A stretch of DNA of 19,724 nucleotides from Candidatus Bathyarchaeia archaeon (GTDB lineage Archaea; Thermoproteota; Bathyarchaeia; Bathyarchaeales; Bathycorpusculaceae), in NCBI GenBank assembly GCA_038883795.1, contig JAVZLK010000029.1:1-19724 (forward strand). Direction: 5' to 3'. The translations under genes were made by a program, and so were the position numbers. The first letter of the stretch is position 1; each line of letters opens with the position of its first letter. The notes beneath the pieces are model-generated. The model saw only the letters and a list, made by a program, of their open reading frames with translations, made no database searches and was not told the origin of the DNA. Positions 8,637 through 18,045 of this stretch are shown here, piece by piece.

Positions 8637-9590
8637 ATGAGAAATATGCACATTACAATTTTATTGACCGTAATAATTGTTAACCTCTTTCTCCTCTTAA
8701 TTCCTGATAAGTATATCATGCATATATTATTCATGACTTTTCTTTATACTTATTTGGGACTAAGTTGGGGAATTTTAACTTACGTAGGTCAATTATCCTT
8801 TGGTCATGCAGCCTTTTTTGCGATCGGAGCATATACCTCAACAATACTCTTTATACGGTTAAATGTTACCCCTTGGATTGGAATGATTTTTGGAGGTTTA
8901 ATAGCAGGTATGCTGGGAATAGCTATAGGATACATAAGCCTTCGTATTAAAGGCGCTTACTTTTCGCTGACGACTATAGCATTTTCACAGATGATAATGT
9001 ATGCTCTTCTCAACCTGAAAGAGATAACTAAGGGACCAGCTGGGATAGTGATACCTTATATTCGAGGGGAAAGCGGGTTCATTTATATGCAATTTGATGG
9101 TAAAGCTCCTTATTGTCTTCTTATATCTAATTTGGCGATATTAACAGCCCTGTTGATATATGGAATTCGAAAAAGTAAAATAGGGTATTATATGAGAGCA
9201 ATTGCAAGCGACGAAGAAACTGCTTCAGGATTAGGAATTAATTCTATTAAGTGGAAAGTGTTTGCCGCATTTCTCAGCTCGTTCTTGACAGCTTTTGGAG
9301 GTACTATTTATGCACAATACGTTCTTTACATAGAACCAATAACCTTGGCTGGGATGAATACTTCCTTTAGGATCATAATTGTATCATTACTTGGTGGTTT
9401 GGATTATATTCTTGGGCCGTTTTTAGGTGCTTTTGCACTTATACCTACCACCGAGTGGTTGCGTTTAATGTTTCTAGCTTCAGGAGGACCTGATCTCTTT
9501 ATATTTGGTATAATTCTAATATTTTTAATTATCCTCAAACCACAAGGATTAGGTTCAATAATTGAAGAGATTAAAAGACGGATTAGGTGA
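8637..9590 (+). CDS. livM: Branched-chain amino acid-type ABC transporter permease
   Basis: GQLSFGHAAFFAIGAY, LRIKGAYFSLTTIAF and GYYMRAIASDEETASGLGIN motifs; abuts livH. Confidence 0.95.
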   Translation: MRNMHITILLTVIIVNLFLLLIPDKYIMHILFMTFLYTYLGLSWGILTYVGQLSFGHAAFFAIGAYTSTILFIRLNVTPWIGMIFGGLIAGMLGIAIGYISLRIKGAYFSLTTIAFSQMIMYALLNLKEITKGPAGIVIPYIRGESGFIYMQFDGKAPYCLLISNLAILTALLIYGIRKSKIGYYMRAIASDEETASGLGINSIKWKVFAAFLSSFLTAFGGTIYAQYVLYIEPITLAGMNTSFRIIIVSLLGGLDYILGPFLGAFALIPTTEWLRLMFLASGGPDLFIFGIILIFLIILKPQGLGSIIEEIKRRIR

Positions 9591-9594
9591 GACT

Positions 9595-10314
9595 ATGATC
9601 CTTGAAGTTCAGGGCGTAAGTAAGGCATTTGGAGGTTTAATTGCAGTCAATAACGTTACTTTTAACGTTAAAGAAAAAGAGATTTTTGGTGTAATAGGAC
9701 CTAATGGTTCTGGGAAAACCACGTTATTCAATCTAATTTCAGGTTTTCTCCGCACTGATTCAGGTAAAATTATATTTAACGGAGAAGAAATTACAAATTT
9801 AAAGGCTAGCACAATTTGTAAAAAAGGAATTTGTAAAACTTTTCAATTACCCAGACCATTTAACAACATGAGTACCATTGATAACGTAATGGTTGGAGCC
9901 CTACTCCGGACAAATAACTTAGAAAAAGCGCGCAACAAGGCTTTAGAAATTATTAAATTCGTCGGACTCGAGAAAAAATCTAATCATAAACCATTTGAAT
10001 TAACTATGGCTGAACGAAAAATCCTTGAATTATCCAGAGCCTTAGCAACGGAGCCACGTGTGCTCCTTCTAGACGAAGTTATGGCAGGCTTGAATCCAAC
10101 AGAAATTGAGGAGATGCTATCACGTATTAAGAAACTAAAGGATCAAGGTATAACTATATTAATGATTGAACATGTTATGAGAGCCGTAATGTCGATCTGT
10201 GATAGGATAATGGTTTTGCATCACGGCGAGAAAATAGCGGAAGGAAAACCCGTTGAAATAGCTGAAAATGAGAAAGTAATTGAGGCGTACTTGGGGGCGA
10301 GATTATTTGCTTAA
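9595..10314 (+). CDS. livG: ABC transporter ATP-binding protein
   Basis: Walker A GPNGSGKTT, Walker B LLLDEVMAGLN, IEH switch and C-terminal VIEAYLG. ATG 9595 is preferred over the track start at 9562. Confidence 0.95.
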   Translation: MILEVQGVSKAFGGLIAVNNVTFNVKEKEIFGVIGPNGSGKTTLFNLISGFLRTDSGKIIFNGEEITNLKASTICKKGICKTFQLPRPFNNMSTIDNVMVGALLRTNNLEKARNKALEIIKFVGLEKKSNHKPFELTMAERKILELSRALATEPRVLLLDEVMAGLNPTEIEEMLSRIKKLKDQGITILMIEHVMRAVMSICDRIMVLHHGEKIAEGKPVEIAENEKVIEAYLGARLFA

Positions 10315-11011
10315 AGTAAAAAACATAAATGTTTTCTATGGGGAACTGCAAGTCCTCTACGATGTATCACTCGACATCGATGAAGGAGAATTTTGTGCGG
10401 TAATTGGTTCTAATGGTGCGGGTAAAACTACATTACTTAAAACCATTAGCGGTCTAATTAAGCCTAAAAATGGTTGTATCGAATTTAATGGGAATAGAAT
10501 AGACAAATCCGGTACCCACAATATTGTTGAACAAGGGATAGCTTTGGTACCTGAAGGAAGAATGCTTTTCTATGACATGAGTGTACTTGAGAATTTGTAT
10601 GTAGGATCTTATTTAAGGAATGCTAGGCAGAAAAGGGAAAGTAGGCTCAAAGAAGTTTTCGAATTATTTCCCATATTAAAAGAACGCAAAAATCAAATTG
10701 CGAGAACACTAAGCGGCGGTGAACAACAAATGTTAGCGATAGCGAGAGCCTTAATGTTAAAGCCCCGTTTGCTTTTAATCGATGAACCATCATGGGGGTT
10801 AGCGCCTTTAATTGTCAAGAGAATATTTGATCTTTTAAAGCACCTGAATGAAATGGGTTTAACAATTATGTTAGTCGAACAAAATGTACACCTAGCCTTA
10901 AAATATGCAGATAGGGTCTATGTACTAGAAAATGGCAAAATCGTATTAGAAGGCAGAAGTGAAGAAATAGCCGAAAAAGAACATATTAGAAAAGCTTATT
11001 TAGGCATTTAA
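10307..11011 (+). CDS. livF: ABC transporter ATP-binding protein
   Basis: GSNGAGKTT, VPEGR, LSGGEQQMLAIARAL, DEPS.GLAP, VEQN and KAYLG motifs. TTG 10307 overlaps the end of livG. Confidence 0.95.
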   Translation: MLKVKNINVFYGELQVLYDVSLDIDEGEFCAVIGSNGAGKTTLLKTISGLIKPKNGCIEFNGNRIDKSGTHNIVEQGIALVPEGRMLFYDMSVLENLYVGSYLRNARQKRESRLKEVFELFPILKERKNQIARTLSGGEQQMLAIARALMLKPRLLLIDEPSWGLAPLIVKRIFDLLKHLNEMGLTIMLVEQNVHLALKYADRVYVLENGKIVLEGRSEEIAEKEHIRKAYLGI

Positions 11012-11035
11012 TTTATTAAACTGAAGGGAATAGTT

Positions 11036-11788
11036 ATGAGTTTAAGGGACAAAGTTGCTTTTATAACTGGAGGGGGTAGGGGAATCGGTCGCGCAATTGC
11101 GTTAACATTTGCAAGGGAGCAAGCTGCATGCGTAATTGGTGATATCGATCTACAAGCCGCCGAGGAGACCAAAAAGGCGACTGAGAATATTGGGGGAAAA
11201 GCGTTAGCCATAAAAGTTGACGTAACAAAAAGCATTGAAGTAAATTCATTAGTTGATATTATTTTAAAAAAATTTGGTAAAATCGATATTCTAATAAATA
11301 ACGTTGGGGGAAGTTTAGGGTTAGAAGGAAAGGCATTTGTGGAAACAAAAGAAGAAGACTGGAATAAAATTATTGATATAAACCTTAAAAGCGTAATAAT
11401 ATGCACAAGAGCTGTTATTAAACATATGATTGAACGGCGGTACGGTAGAATAATCAACATAGCATCTACAGCGGGTTTAATGGGTCGTGTAAGGATGCCT
11501 TTTTACTCGGCAGCAAAGGCTGGAGTAATCGGATTTACAAAAAGCATTGCACGAGAGTTGGCACCCTTTGGGATAACTGTTAACTGCGTCGCGCCAGGGC
11601 TTACTAAGGCCGGTGGATATGAGAGGTTACAAGCTACAGGTTTACTCGATGAAAGCCTTAAAATACCAATGGGTAGACCCCTTGAGCCAAATGAGGTTGC
11701 AGAGCTTGTGGCTTTTTTGGCTTCAGATAAAGCATCTATGATAACTGGTTGCACGTACTGCATAAGTGGAGGGTACTGGTTACACTAA
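11036..11788 (+). CDS. Short-chain dehydrogenase/reductase (classical SDR, FabG-like, probably NAD-preferring)
   Basis: TGGGRGIG, acidic residue at the end of beta-2 (IGDID), NNVG, catalytic S...YSAAK and VNCVAPG. Confidence 0.95.
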   Translation: MSLRDKVAFITGGGRGIGRAIALTFAREQAACVIGDIDLQAAEETKKATENIGGKALAIKVDVTKSIEVNSLVDIILKKFGKIDILINNVGGSLGLEGKAFVETKEEDWNKIIDINLKSVIICTRAVIKHMIERRYGRIINIASTAGLMGRVRMPFYSAAKAGVIGFTKSIARELAPFGITVNCVAPGLTKAGGYERLQATGLLDESLKIPMGRPLEPNEVAELVAFLASDKASMITGCTYCISGGYWLH

Positions 11789-11860
11789 CGATTATGGTTT
11801 GTATGCTTTGCATACAAAATTTGAGTTTAATATTTTTATCGCAAATATGGTTGAAGTTCT

Positions 11861-12757
11861 ATGGAAAAAAGTGAGTACAATTCAACTGAGGATCAATTAT
11901 TGCAAGGTGCTATAGATTTACATATCCATGCGTCTCCTAACGTGATGAAAACTAAAGTTGATGCAATTGAAGCTGCGGTAATGGCGCGTGATGCAGGAAT
12001 GAAGGCAATAGTAATTAAGGATAACTGGTTTACAAGTGCGGGTACAGCTTATCTAGTTAATCGTATAGTATCCGGCGTAGACGTCTTCGGTGGGATCGTA
12101 TTAAATTTTGGTGTAGGAGGATTGAATCCTGATGCTGTTGACACAGCTTTGAAATATGGAAAAGGAGCAAAAATTATCTGGATGCCAACATCATCTTCGA
12201 TGAACCATCTAACTTTTTTTGGAAAAAAAGGAGGACTTTCCATTTTTAAAAATGGAAAAATTACAACTGAGGTCCGGAAGATTTTAGATATGATAGCAGA
12301 AAATAATCTTGTCTTGGCAACGGGTCATCTTTCAGTAAAAGAGCAAAAAACGCTTGTAAAGGCAGCTGTGGAAAGAGGTGTCAAGAAAATCTTGATAAAC
12401 CATCCAGAACTTGAATTGATTGGCATGCCAATTTCCGTTCAAAAGGAACTTGCGGCACTTGGGGCGTTCATGGAATACTGTTTTGTGAATTGCACTCCAG
12501 GCATCACATTACCGATCAAAGCTTACGGTGGAGTACGTTTTAACTATGTTGAACCTTCAAAAATTGCAAAAATGATAAGGGAGATTGGAGCTGAACACTG
12601 CATTATGTCAACGGATCTTGGAAGTTTGCGTACCTCACCAACACCCGTCGATGGGATGAAAATGTTTATTTGCGCTATGTTGGAACTAGGAATAAGTGAA
12701 AGCGAAATTGAGCACATGACTAAAATTAATCCCAGCATTTTATTGTATGGTGAATAG
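11861..12757 (+). CDS. DUF6282-like metal-dependent hydrolase (amidohydrolase/PHP-type TIM barrel)
   Basis: DLHIHASP (HxH), GGIVLN..VGGLNP, WMPT, ATGHLS, INHPE, STDLG and C-terminal NP..LL. Confidence 0.8.
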   Translation: MEKSEYNSTEDQLLQGAIDLHIHASPNVMKTKVDAIEAAVMARDAGMKAIVIKDNWFTSAGTAYLVNRIVSGVDVFGGIVLNFGVGGLNPDAVDTALKYGKGAKIIWMPTSSSMNHLTFFGKKGGLSIFKNGKITTEVRKILDMIAENNLVLATGHLSVKEQKTLVKAAVERGVKKILINHPELELIGMPISVQKELAALGAFMEYCFVNCTPGITLPIKAYGGVRFNYVEPSKIAKMIREIGAEHCIMSTDLGSLRTSPTPVDGMKMFICAMLELGISESEIEHMTKINPSILLYGE

Positions 12758-12771
12758 CGTCTAGTTTTATA

Positions 12772-13944
12772 TTATGAAAGGAGTTTTTCTCTATAGCATT
12801 CCCTGGCTATGATGTGCCTTTGAATTTCCCCGGTTCCTTCGATAATATCATAAATCCTCGCATCACGGTAGTATCTCTCCATATCTGAATCTACATACCC
12901 ATACCCACCAAAAATCTGTATAGCTTCGTTTGTTACTTCTTGAGCAGTTTTAGCAGCGTAAGCTTTTGCAATAGACGCGTATTTTGTGATTATTCTCTCC
13001 TCCTTCGGCTTATTGTCAATCATCCAAGCCGCTTTATATGTTAAAAGCTTAGCAGCTTCGATTTTCATTGCCATTTCGGCTATTTTATGTGTTATCATCT
13101 GAAAATTTCGAAGGGGTTCACCAAACTGTTTTCTTTCGGTTGTATATTTTAATGCCAATTCAAAGGCTTTTTCAGCAATCCCCAGAGCCCTTGCCGCAAC
13201 AGTAGTCCTTGTAAAATCAAGATGAGACATAATTTGATGAAAACCTCTGTTTTCTTGACCTAAGAGATTTTCCAGCGGAACACGAACGTCTACAAACGAT
13301 ATTTCCGCTTGTGGGAGGGCTCTTTGTCCCATTTTGGGTTTAAGAACACGCGCTTCTAATCCTTGTGTATTTTTTTCCACGATTATTTGGCTAATTCCTC
13401 GGTACGGTGGAACTGCTTTAGTGTCTGTTTGACATGCTACTATTATAAATTCTGCAATGTTTCCACAACTTATGAATGTTTTAGTCCCGTTAATCACCCA
13501 ATTATTATCATTTTTTATTGCTGTTGTATTTAAACCAACGGTTCCAGCGTCTGAGCCATGTTCAGGTTCAGTCAACGCCATCGCGCAAACAATATCACCT
13601 TTACAGATTCGCGGAAGATATTTCTCTTTTTGCTCTTCGGTTCCAAAATGTGCAATAAAGGGAGCAAAAGTATATCCTCCTAGCATAGAGCCAAGTGTAG
13701 AATCCGCTTTAAAAAATTCTTCCGCTACAATACATTCTTCCACACATCCAAATCCTTGACCCCCATACTCACGAGGTAGGCACAAACCAATATAACCAAG
13801 CTTTGCAGCCTTGCGATATAACTCCCAGGGAAATTCATATTTTTGGTCGAATTCCCTTCCTTTTTCGGTGGTAAGCTCTTTTTCTGCAAACTCCCTCACT
13901 GCTCTCTGTATTTGCTTTTGTTCCTCTGTAAATTCAAAGTTCAT
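12772..13944 (-). CDS. Acyl-CoA dehydrogenase
   Basis: MNFEFTEEQ start (ATG 13944), ALTEPEHGSD, WVINGTKTFIS, RKQFG, QIFGGYGY and YRDARI..IIEGT.EIQR with the catalytic Glu position present. Confidence 0.96.
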   Translation of the reverse strand: MNFEFTEEQKQIQRAVREFAEKELTTEKGREFDQKYEFPWELYRKAAKLGYIGLCLPREYGGQGFGCVEECIVAEEFFKADSTLGSMLGGYTFAPFIAHFGTEEQKEKYLPRICKGDIVCAMALTEPEHGSDAGTVGLNTTAIKNDNNWVINGTKTFISCGNIAEFIIVACQTDTKAVPPYRGISQIIVEKNTQGLEARVLKPKMGQRALPQAEISFVDVRVPLENLLGQENRGFHQIMSHLDFTRTTVAARALGIAEKAFELALKYTTERKQFGEPLRNFQMITHKIAEMAMKIEAAKLLTYKAAWMIDNKPKEERIITKYASIAKAYAAKTAQEVTNEAIQIFGGYGYVDSDMERYYRDARIYDIIEGTGEIQRHIIARECYREKLLS

Positions 13945-14511
13945 CTCCACCACAGACGGTATTTGAAATTGCGTTTTCTTTAAAAATTTTTCCTTCAAAA
14001 TTTTGCTCTATTTACATTTTGAGTCTTCGTTTATGCGTTCTTGCAAGCCAAAAGATAAGAAGGCATAGTACTAAAAGGGCTGCTGGTGTTGCTAAGTTTG
14101 AGTATGGATAGGGCATAACATTTGCGTATTCGCTTCCTTTACTTGCCCCATGGATTTACTGGACTCGTTCCTTCATTTAAATCAAAAATTGTTGCTAAAA
14201 AGTTCGCAGGTTTTTCGGAAATCTTAATTGTTGATCAAAAACTTTCCCGTTCCGTTAAAATAACGATACCTAAAAATTATCTCTTTTGTATACGCATTAT
14301 AATCAATAAGTTGTCCCAACAAGACCCTTAAAAAATTCGATGCTAAAATGTTTAACTTCAAAACACCGTCACTTTAGATGAACCCGTTTAAATCCCAACC
14401 GTCGAATTCTGCGGATACGGATACAATGACGATGGTGTTATATCCCAAATATTAACAACCTTTCTAACTCAATATAGTTTCCCATGGTTATCTCTCGCCA
14501 TAATATTATAG

Positions 14512-14565
14512 TATAGAAAAGTTTTTATCAACAAAACTCTTATTAATGTTAAGATTAATATTAAG
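14512..14565 (+). promoter_or_regulatory. BRE/TATA promoter plus a tandem 12-mer upstream of the DUF35/thiolase pair
   Basis: TATAGAAAAGTTTTTAT at 14512-14528. ATTAATGTTAAG/ATTAATATTAAG tandem at 14542-14565. RBS GAGGTG at 14565-14570. Confidence 0.5.
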
Positions 14566-14576
14566 AGGTGTTGAAT

Positions 14577-14999
14577 TTGAAAAGGAAAGTTCCAATTATT
14601 GACGAATTGTTTGAGTGGCCTTCTGATAATCCCAGGTTAATAGGCACTAAGTGCCCACTTTGTGGTAGTATACAATTTCCGAAGTCAAGTACTTGTAATA
14701 ATCCAGAATGTAACCATAGTATCCCTCCGGAGAAGTATTTTCTCAGCACTGAGGGCACGTTATATACTTACACAGTCCATGCTTATGGATTAGGTGAACC
14801 GTTTCAATATCATAAAGCGCCGTACATTGTCGGAGCCGTTGAGTTACCTGACGGAATAATTGTGTTAGGGAGGATAAAAGTTTTTGATGAAAAAAGCCTC
14901 AAAATAGGTATGAAGATGAAATTGGAAATAGATAAGTTGTATGAAGATGAAGAAAATGAATACTTAACTTACTTTTTTGTTCCGGTGGTGAATAAGTGA
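14577..14999 (+). CDS. DUF35-family Zn-ribbon/OB-fold protein (thiolase partner)
   Basis: CPLCG..QFP...CNNPEC zinc ribbon, LSTEGTLYTYT, PYIVGAVEL and LKIGMKMKL. TTG 14577 lies 6 nt after GAGGTG. The stop overlaps the thiolase start (GTGA). Confidence 0.92.
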   Translation: MKRKVPIIDELFEWPSDNPRLIGTKCPLCGSIQFPKSSTCNNPECNHSIPPEKYFLSTEGTLYTYTVHAYGLGEPFQYHKAPYIVGAVELPDGIIVLGRIKVFDEKSLKIGMKMKLEIDKLYEDEENEYLTYFFVPVVNK

Positions 15000-16228
15000 A
15001 GGAAAGCGCAATTGCTAGTGTGCAAATAACAGAATGGGGTCCGTCTGGTTCACCATACCCTCTTTTGATAGATACCTTGGCTAATGTCGCGGTAAACGTA
15101 TTAAGAGACGCAAAAATGACTCCAAGTAAGCTTGACGCTATAATTGCAAACACAACAGCCATACCATTTGATAATCCATCTTACATCACCACAAGTGCTC
15201 AACACTTCGCGCATAGACTTGCCGAAAGGATAGGCACAAAAGGTGCGCAATGTATCAATGTATGTGCAGCTTGTGCAAGTGCCTCTATATCTTTTGCGCT
15301 TGCAGACGCCCTTATAAAGACTGGTCAAATAAAAACTGCGCTAGTAGTCGGCATCGATAATTCTCCTAGAGGTTTTTATTTAGCTGCGCAGTCGATCCTT
15401 GATCCTGATCCATATGCGGCTACAATAAAGGTCATGGGCGCAACTAACCCTTCATATTGGGCTATGTGGGCTAGGAGGCGTGCGTATGAAATGGGTGTGT
15501 CTATTGAGAAGATAAAGGAAATTATGGCCATGGTAAAGGAGATCCAGAGTAAATATGGTGCAAGAAACCCGTACGCAAGGTATAAAAAGGAATTTTCGGT
15601 AAAGGAAGTTTTGGCCTCACCAATTGTTTGCGATCCTCTACATTTGTATATGATTTGCGCTACAAGTACCGGCGCAGGGGCAGCTGTTCTCACTAGCATG
15701 GAAAATGCTAAAAAAATTACTAATAAACCAGTGAAAATATTGGCATCAACAGTTGGCGGACCTATATATGGCGAACCAATGCCGCGACTTCGAGTATTTT
15801 CAACGGTAGGTGGTGAAAGAGCCTTAAAACCGTTTACTGAATGGCGCATGCCTATTGAGAAAGCCTATAAAATTGCTGGAATAACAGCTGACGATGTTGA
15901 TATTATTGAATGTCACGATACTAGTTGCTTTCACACTATAAATTGGATAGACCAGATCATGGGATGGGAAAGAGAAGAGACAGATAAACTTATTGAAAAT
16001 AGGCAGATTGGTCATGACGGAATGCTTCCTGTGAATCTTAGTGGTGGGACAGCGTCCTTCGGTGAGGCAGTAATGAGTCAGGCCTTTATCATGATACATG
16101 AACTATTTAAACAACTTCGAGGAGAGGCGGGTGAAAGGCAAGCAGAGAAGGATCTTCGAATAGGTGTCTGCACAGCATACGGAGCCTACGGTGCGTACGG
16201 TTGTATCGTGCTAGGAAAAGAATTTTAA
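14996..16228 (+). CDS. Thiolase-superfamily protein, SCP-x / 'lipid-transfer protein' type
   Basis: AACAS nucleophile motif, NPYARY, VLASPIVCDPL, CATSTGAGA, IECHD, PVNLSGG and QLRGEAGERQ; coupled to DUF35. Confidence 0.92.
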   Translation: MKESAIASVQITEWGPSGSPYPLLIDTLANVAVNVLRDAKMTPSKLDAIIANTTAIPFDNPSYITTSAQHFAHRLAERIGTKGAQCINVCAACASASISFALADALIKTGQIKTALVVGIDNSPRGFYLAAQSILDPDPYAATIKVMGATNPSYWAMWARRRAYEMGVSIEKIKEIMAMVKEIQSKYGARNPYARYKKEFSVKEVLASPIVCDPLHLYMICATSTGAGAAVLTSMENAKKITNKPVKILASTVGGPIYGEPMPRLRVFSTVGGERALKPFTEWRMPIEKAYKIAGITADDVDIIECHDTSCFHTINWIDQIMGWEREETDKLIENRQIGHDGMLPVNLSGGTASFGEAVMSQAFIMIHELFKQLRGEAGERQAEKDLRIGVCTAYGAYGAYGCIVLGKEF

Positions 16229-16241
16229 TAAAAACATTGGG

Positions 16242-17147
16242 TTATTTTTCGGTTAATTTTTGAAATATCGTCCACCCCTCTGCTGTTAAGCTCACCCATT
16301 TATTAAAATCTAAATTTTCAAAGTTGCGATTTACGCGAAGCATAATGCCTATAGGATCTAATGCTCTTAAAAGTTTGATTTCATTTTTTAAAGGAGGTTC
16401 TGTTGTTGTAATAGTTGGTGAAATTTTCAAATCCCATTCAACTAAATTGATGATTTCGTCGATACTTATCCCTGGATGTAAGCTTGCCAAGTACATTTCT
16501 TTTGTTTGATCGTTAAATCTAAAAACCGCTTTGTCTGTAATTACCGCTGCCGGTCCGCCGCCTCTAAGCCCTATTTTCTCTCTGGCTCCTGGACCATTAA
16601 GGTATCCTGGAGACGTTATATAATCCACCCTGGACACAAAGCGCCCTTTTTCCAATTTCATCACTATAACTGTTCTTTTAGCTAATGATGCCATATCATT
16701 TGCACCACCGCTGCCAGGTAGGCGTACAATTGGTTGTGAATAGTTGCCTGTTTCTCCAAAAATCGTAGTAGAGTTTACGTTGCCAAATTTATCTATTTGG
16801 GCACCACCTATAACTGCTAGATCAAAATATCCTCTTTGTAAATCACAAAATATTCTAAACAAGCTTGTTATATATGGAGACTTGTAACCTAAAGCATCAT
16901 CTGCAACTGTGCTACACGCCCCTGGTGGTATTCCACCCACATATCCTCCTTCAAACACTAAAACAGCGTTTGGAGCGTGTGTATGAATTGCTAATAATCC
17001 AGCTGCCATTGGCACACCTATACCAATGAATACTTTTTCTCCATCTCTAATTTCTCTCGCAGCGGCAACGGCCATTAATTCAGAAGGATGATAATCACCA
17101 GAACACGTATTTCCTTTTTTATCTTTGTCAAATTGGTATCTTCGCAA
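16242..17147 (-). CDS. Family I CoA-transferase beta subunit (GctB/CatJ-like)
   Basis: ELMAVAAAREI, FIGIGVP, LVFEGG (catalytic Glu position), GGAQIDKFGNVNST, RLPGSGGAND, VDYITSPG and VITDKAVF. Confidence 0.93.
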   Translation of the reverse strand: MRRYQFDKDKKGNTCSGDYHPSELMAVAAAREIRDGEKVFIGIGVPMAAGLLAIHTHAPNAVLVFEGGYVGGIPPGACSTVADDALGYKSPYITSLFRIFCDLQRGYFDLAVIGGAQIDKFGNVNSTTIFGETGNYSQPIVRLPGSGGANDMASLAKRTVIVMKLEKGRFVSRVDYITSPGYLNGPGAREKIGLRGGGPAAVITDKAVFRFNDQTKEMYLASLHPGISIDEIINLVEWDLKISPTITTTEPPLKNEIKLLRALDPIGIMLRVNRNFENLDFNKWVSLTAEGWTIFQKLTEK

Positions 17148-18045
17148 TTAATCGCTCCATCCTTGAAAGTTTGTATAGTCTCTCCCACCCTAATTTATTA
17201 CAGTATTCGAAATGGTTCTCGCAGCCCAAAATCCACTCGTTTATCCATTTTGTAAAGCCATCATAGGTCCTACTGCTAACGAAATACTTAATACGGAACG
17301 GCAGATCCCCGTAGTAATAACCAAAGCAAAACCATGGGTGACTGCCATAAGGGACTTCAACAACCGCGTCAACACAATAAAAAGGGATAATCGTCATATT
17401 TGGAATCCGTCTAATTTCCTCTTCGGGGACTATTTCTTCACATGTTATTATTGTATGCTTTGAAGCTCTGGCTTTATTCTCATCATTGCCCAAGCCACCC
17501 CATATTTGAGAATTTCCTTTTTTATCCGCCCTTTGTACATGAATTATCGCGACATCTGGGCGAGCGGCTGGAACTAACGCTAGTGGTTCTTTACTATAAG
17601 GATCTTTTACAATTTTGATTTTTTTGTTATATCTTGGAATATCGCTTCCTAGCAATGATTTTACGGGCATAAATGGAATATCTAACGCTCCCGCTAAAAA
17701 TCTTAAACTCATTGCAAAATTCGAATAATCCTCTATCTCTATGCGTTTTGGTATCTCTTGCTCTACCGCTCTTCTGAAGTTCGGAGGCAAGGTGATAAGA
17801 CCTCCATGCCAAGCTATTTCTACTTTATCAATACAACCTGAACCAATGAGCATATCGAGCTGATCAGTTGGGCTATCATCAACAAATATTAAGTTCCTTT
17901 TACGTTGGCGAATTATTTCGTAAGCTGCAGCTTGAGCGTTTCTTCCGCAAAAACCTCCCAGCGTTATCGTGTTTCCATCGCTTACATACCTTCTGATAGC
18001 TTCTTTTAAACTCATAATTTTGTCGTCAGCGTCTTTTTGACCCAA
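17128..18045 (-). CDS. Family I CoA-transferase alpha subunit (GctA/CatI-like)
   Basis: KIMSLKEAI..YVSDG, EIIRQ, RFLAGALDIPFMP, PDVAIIHVQRADKKGN and VDAVVEVPYGSHP. GGAGG lies 8 nt upstream of TTG 18045. Confidence 0.93.
   Translation of the reverse strand: MGQKDADDKIMSLKEAIRRYVSDGNTITLGGFCGRNAQAAAYEIIRQRKRNLIFVDDSPTDQLDMLIGSGCIDKVEIAWHGGLITLPPNFRRAVEQEIPKRIEIEDYSNFAMSLRFLAGALDIPFMPVKSLLGSDIPRYNKKIKIVKDPYSKEPLALVPAARPDVAIIHVQRADKKGNSQIWGGLGNDENKARASKHTIITCEEIVPEEEIRRIPNMTIIPFYCVDAVVEVPYGSHPWFCFGYYYGDLPFRIKYFVSSRTYDGFTKWINEWILGCENHFEYCNKLGWERLYKLSRMERLIAKIPI

Noticed and set aside
14122-14331. 69-aa plus-strand ORF in the divergent gap
   Set aside because: TTG start, no RBS, no recognisable motif.
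17075-17147. Possible frameshifted fusion of the CoA-transferase subunits
   Set aside because: Both subunits look complete, and a 20-nt overlap with a TTG start explains the junction; separate A and B genes are normal for this family.
3251-17812. Numerous 60-157 aa ORFs antisense or out of frame to the main genes (e.g. 3251..3706, 3728..4192, 11008..11460, 15376..15849)
   Set aside because: They lie within or almost wholly overlap well-supported genes and have no motifs of their own.
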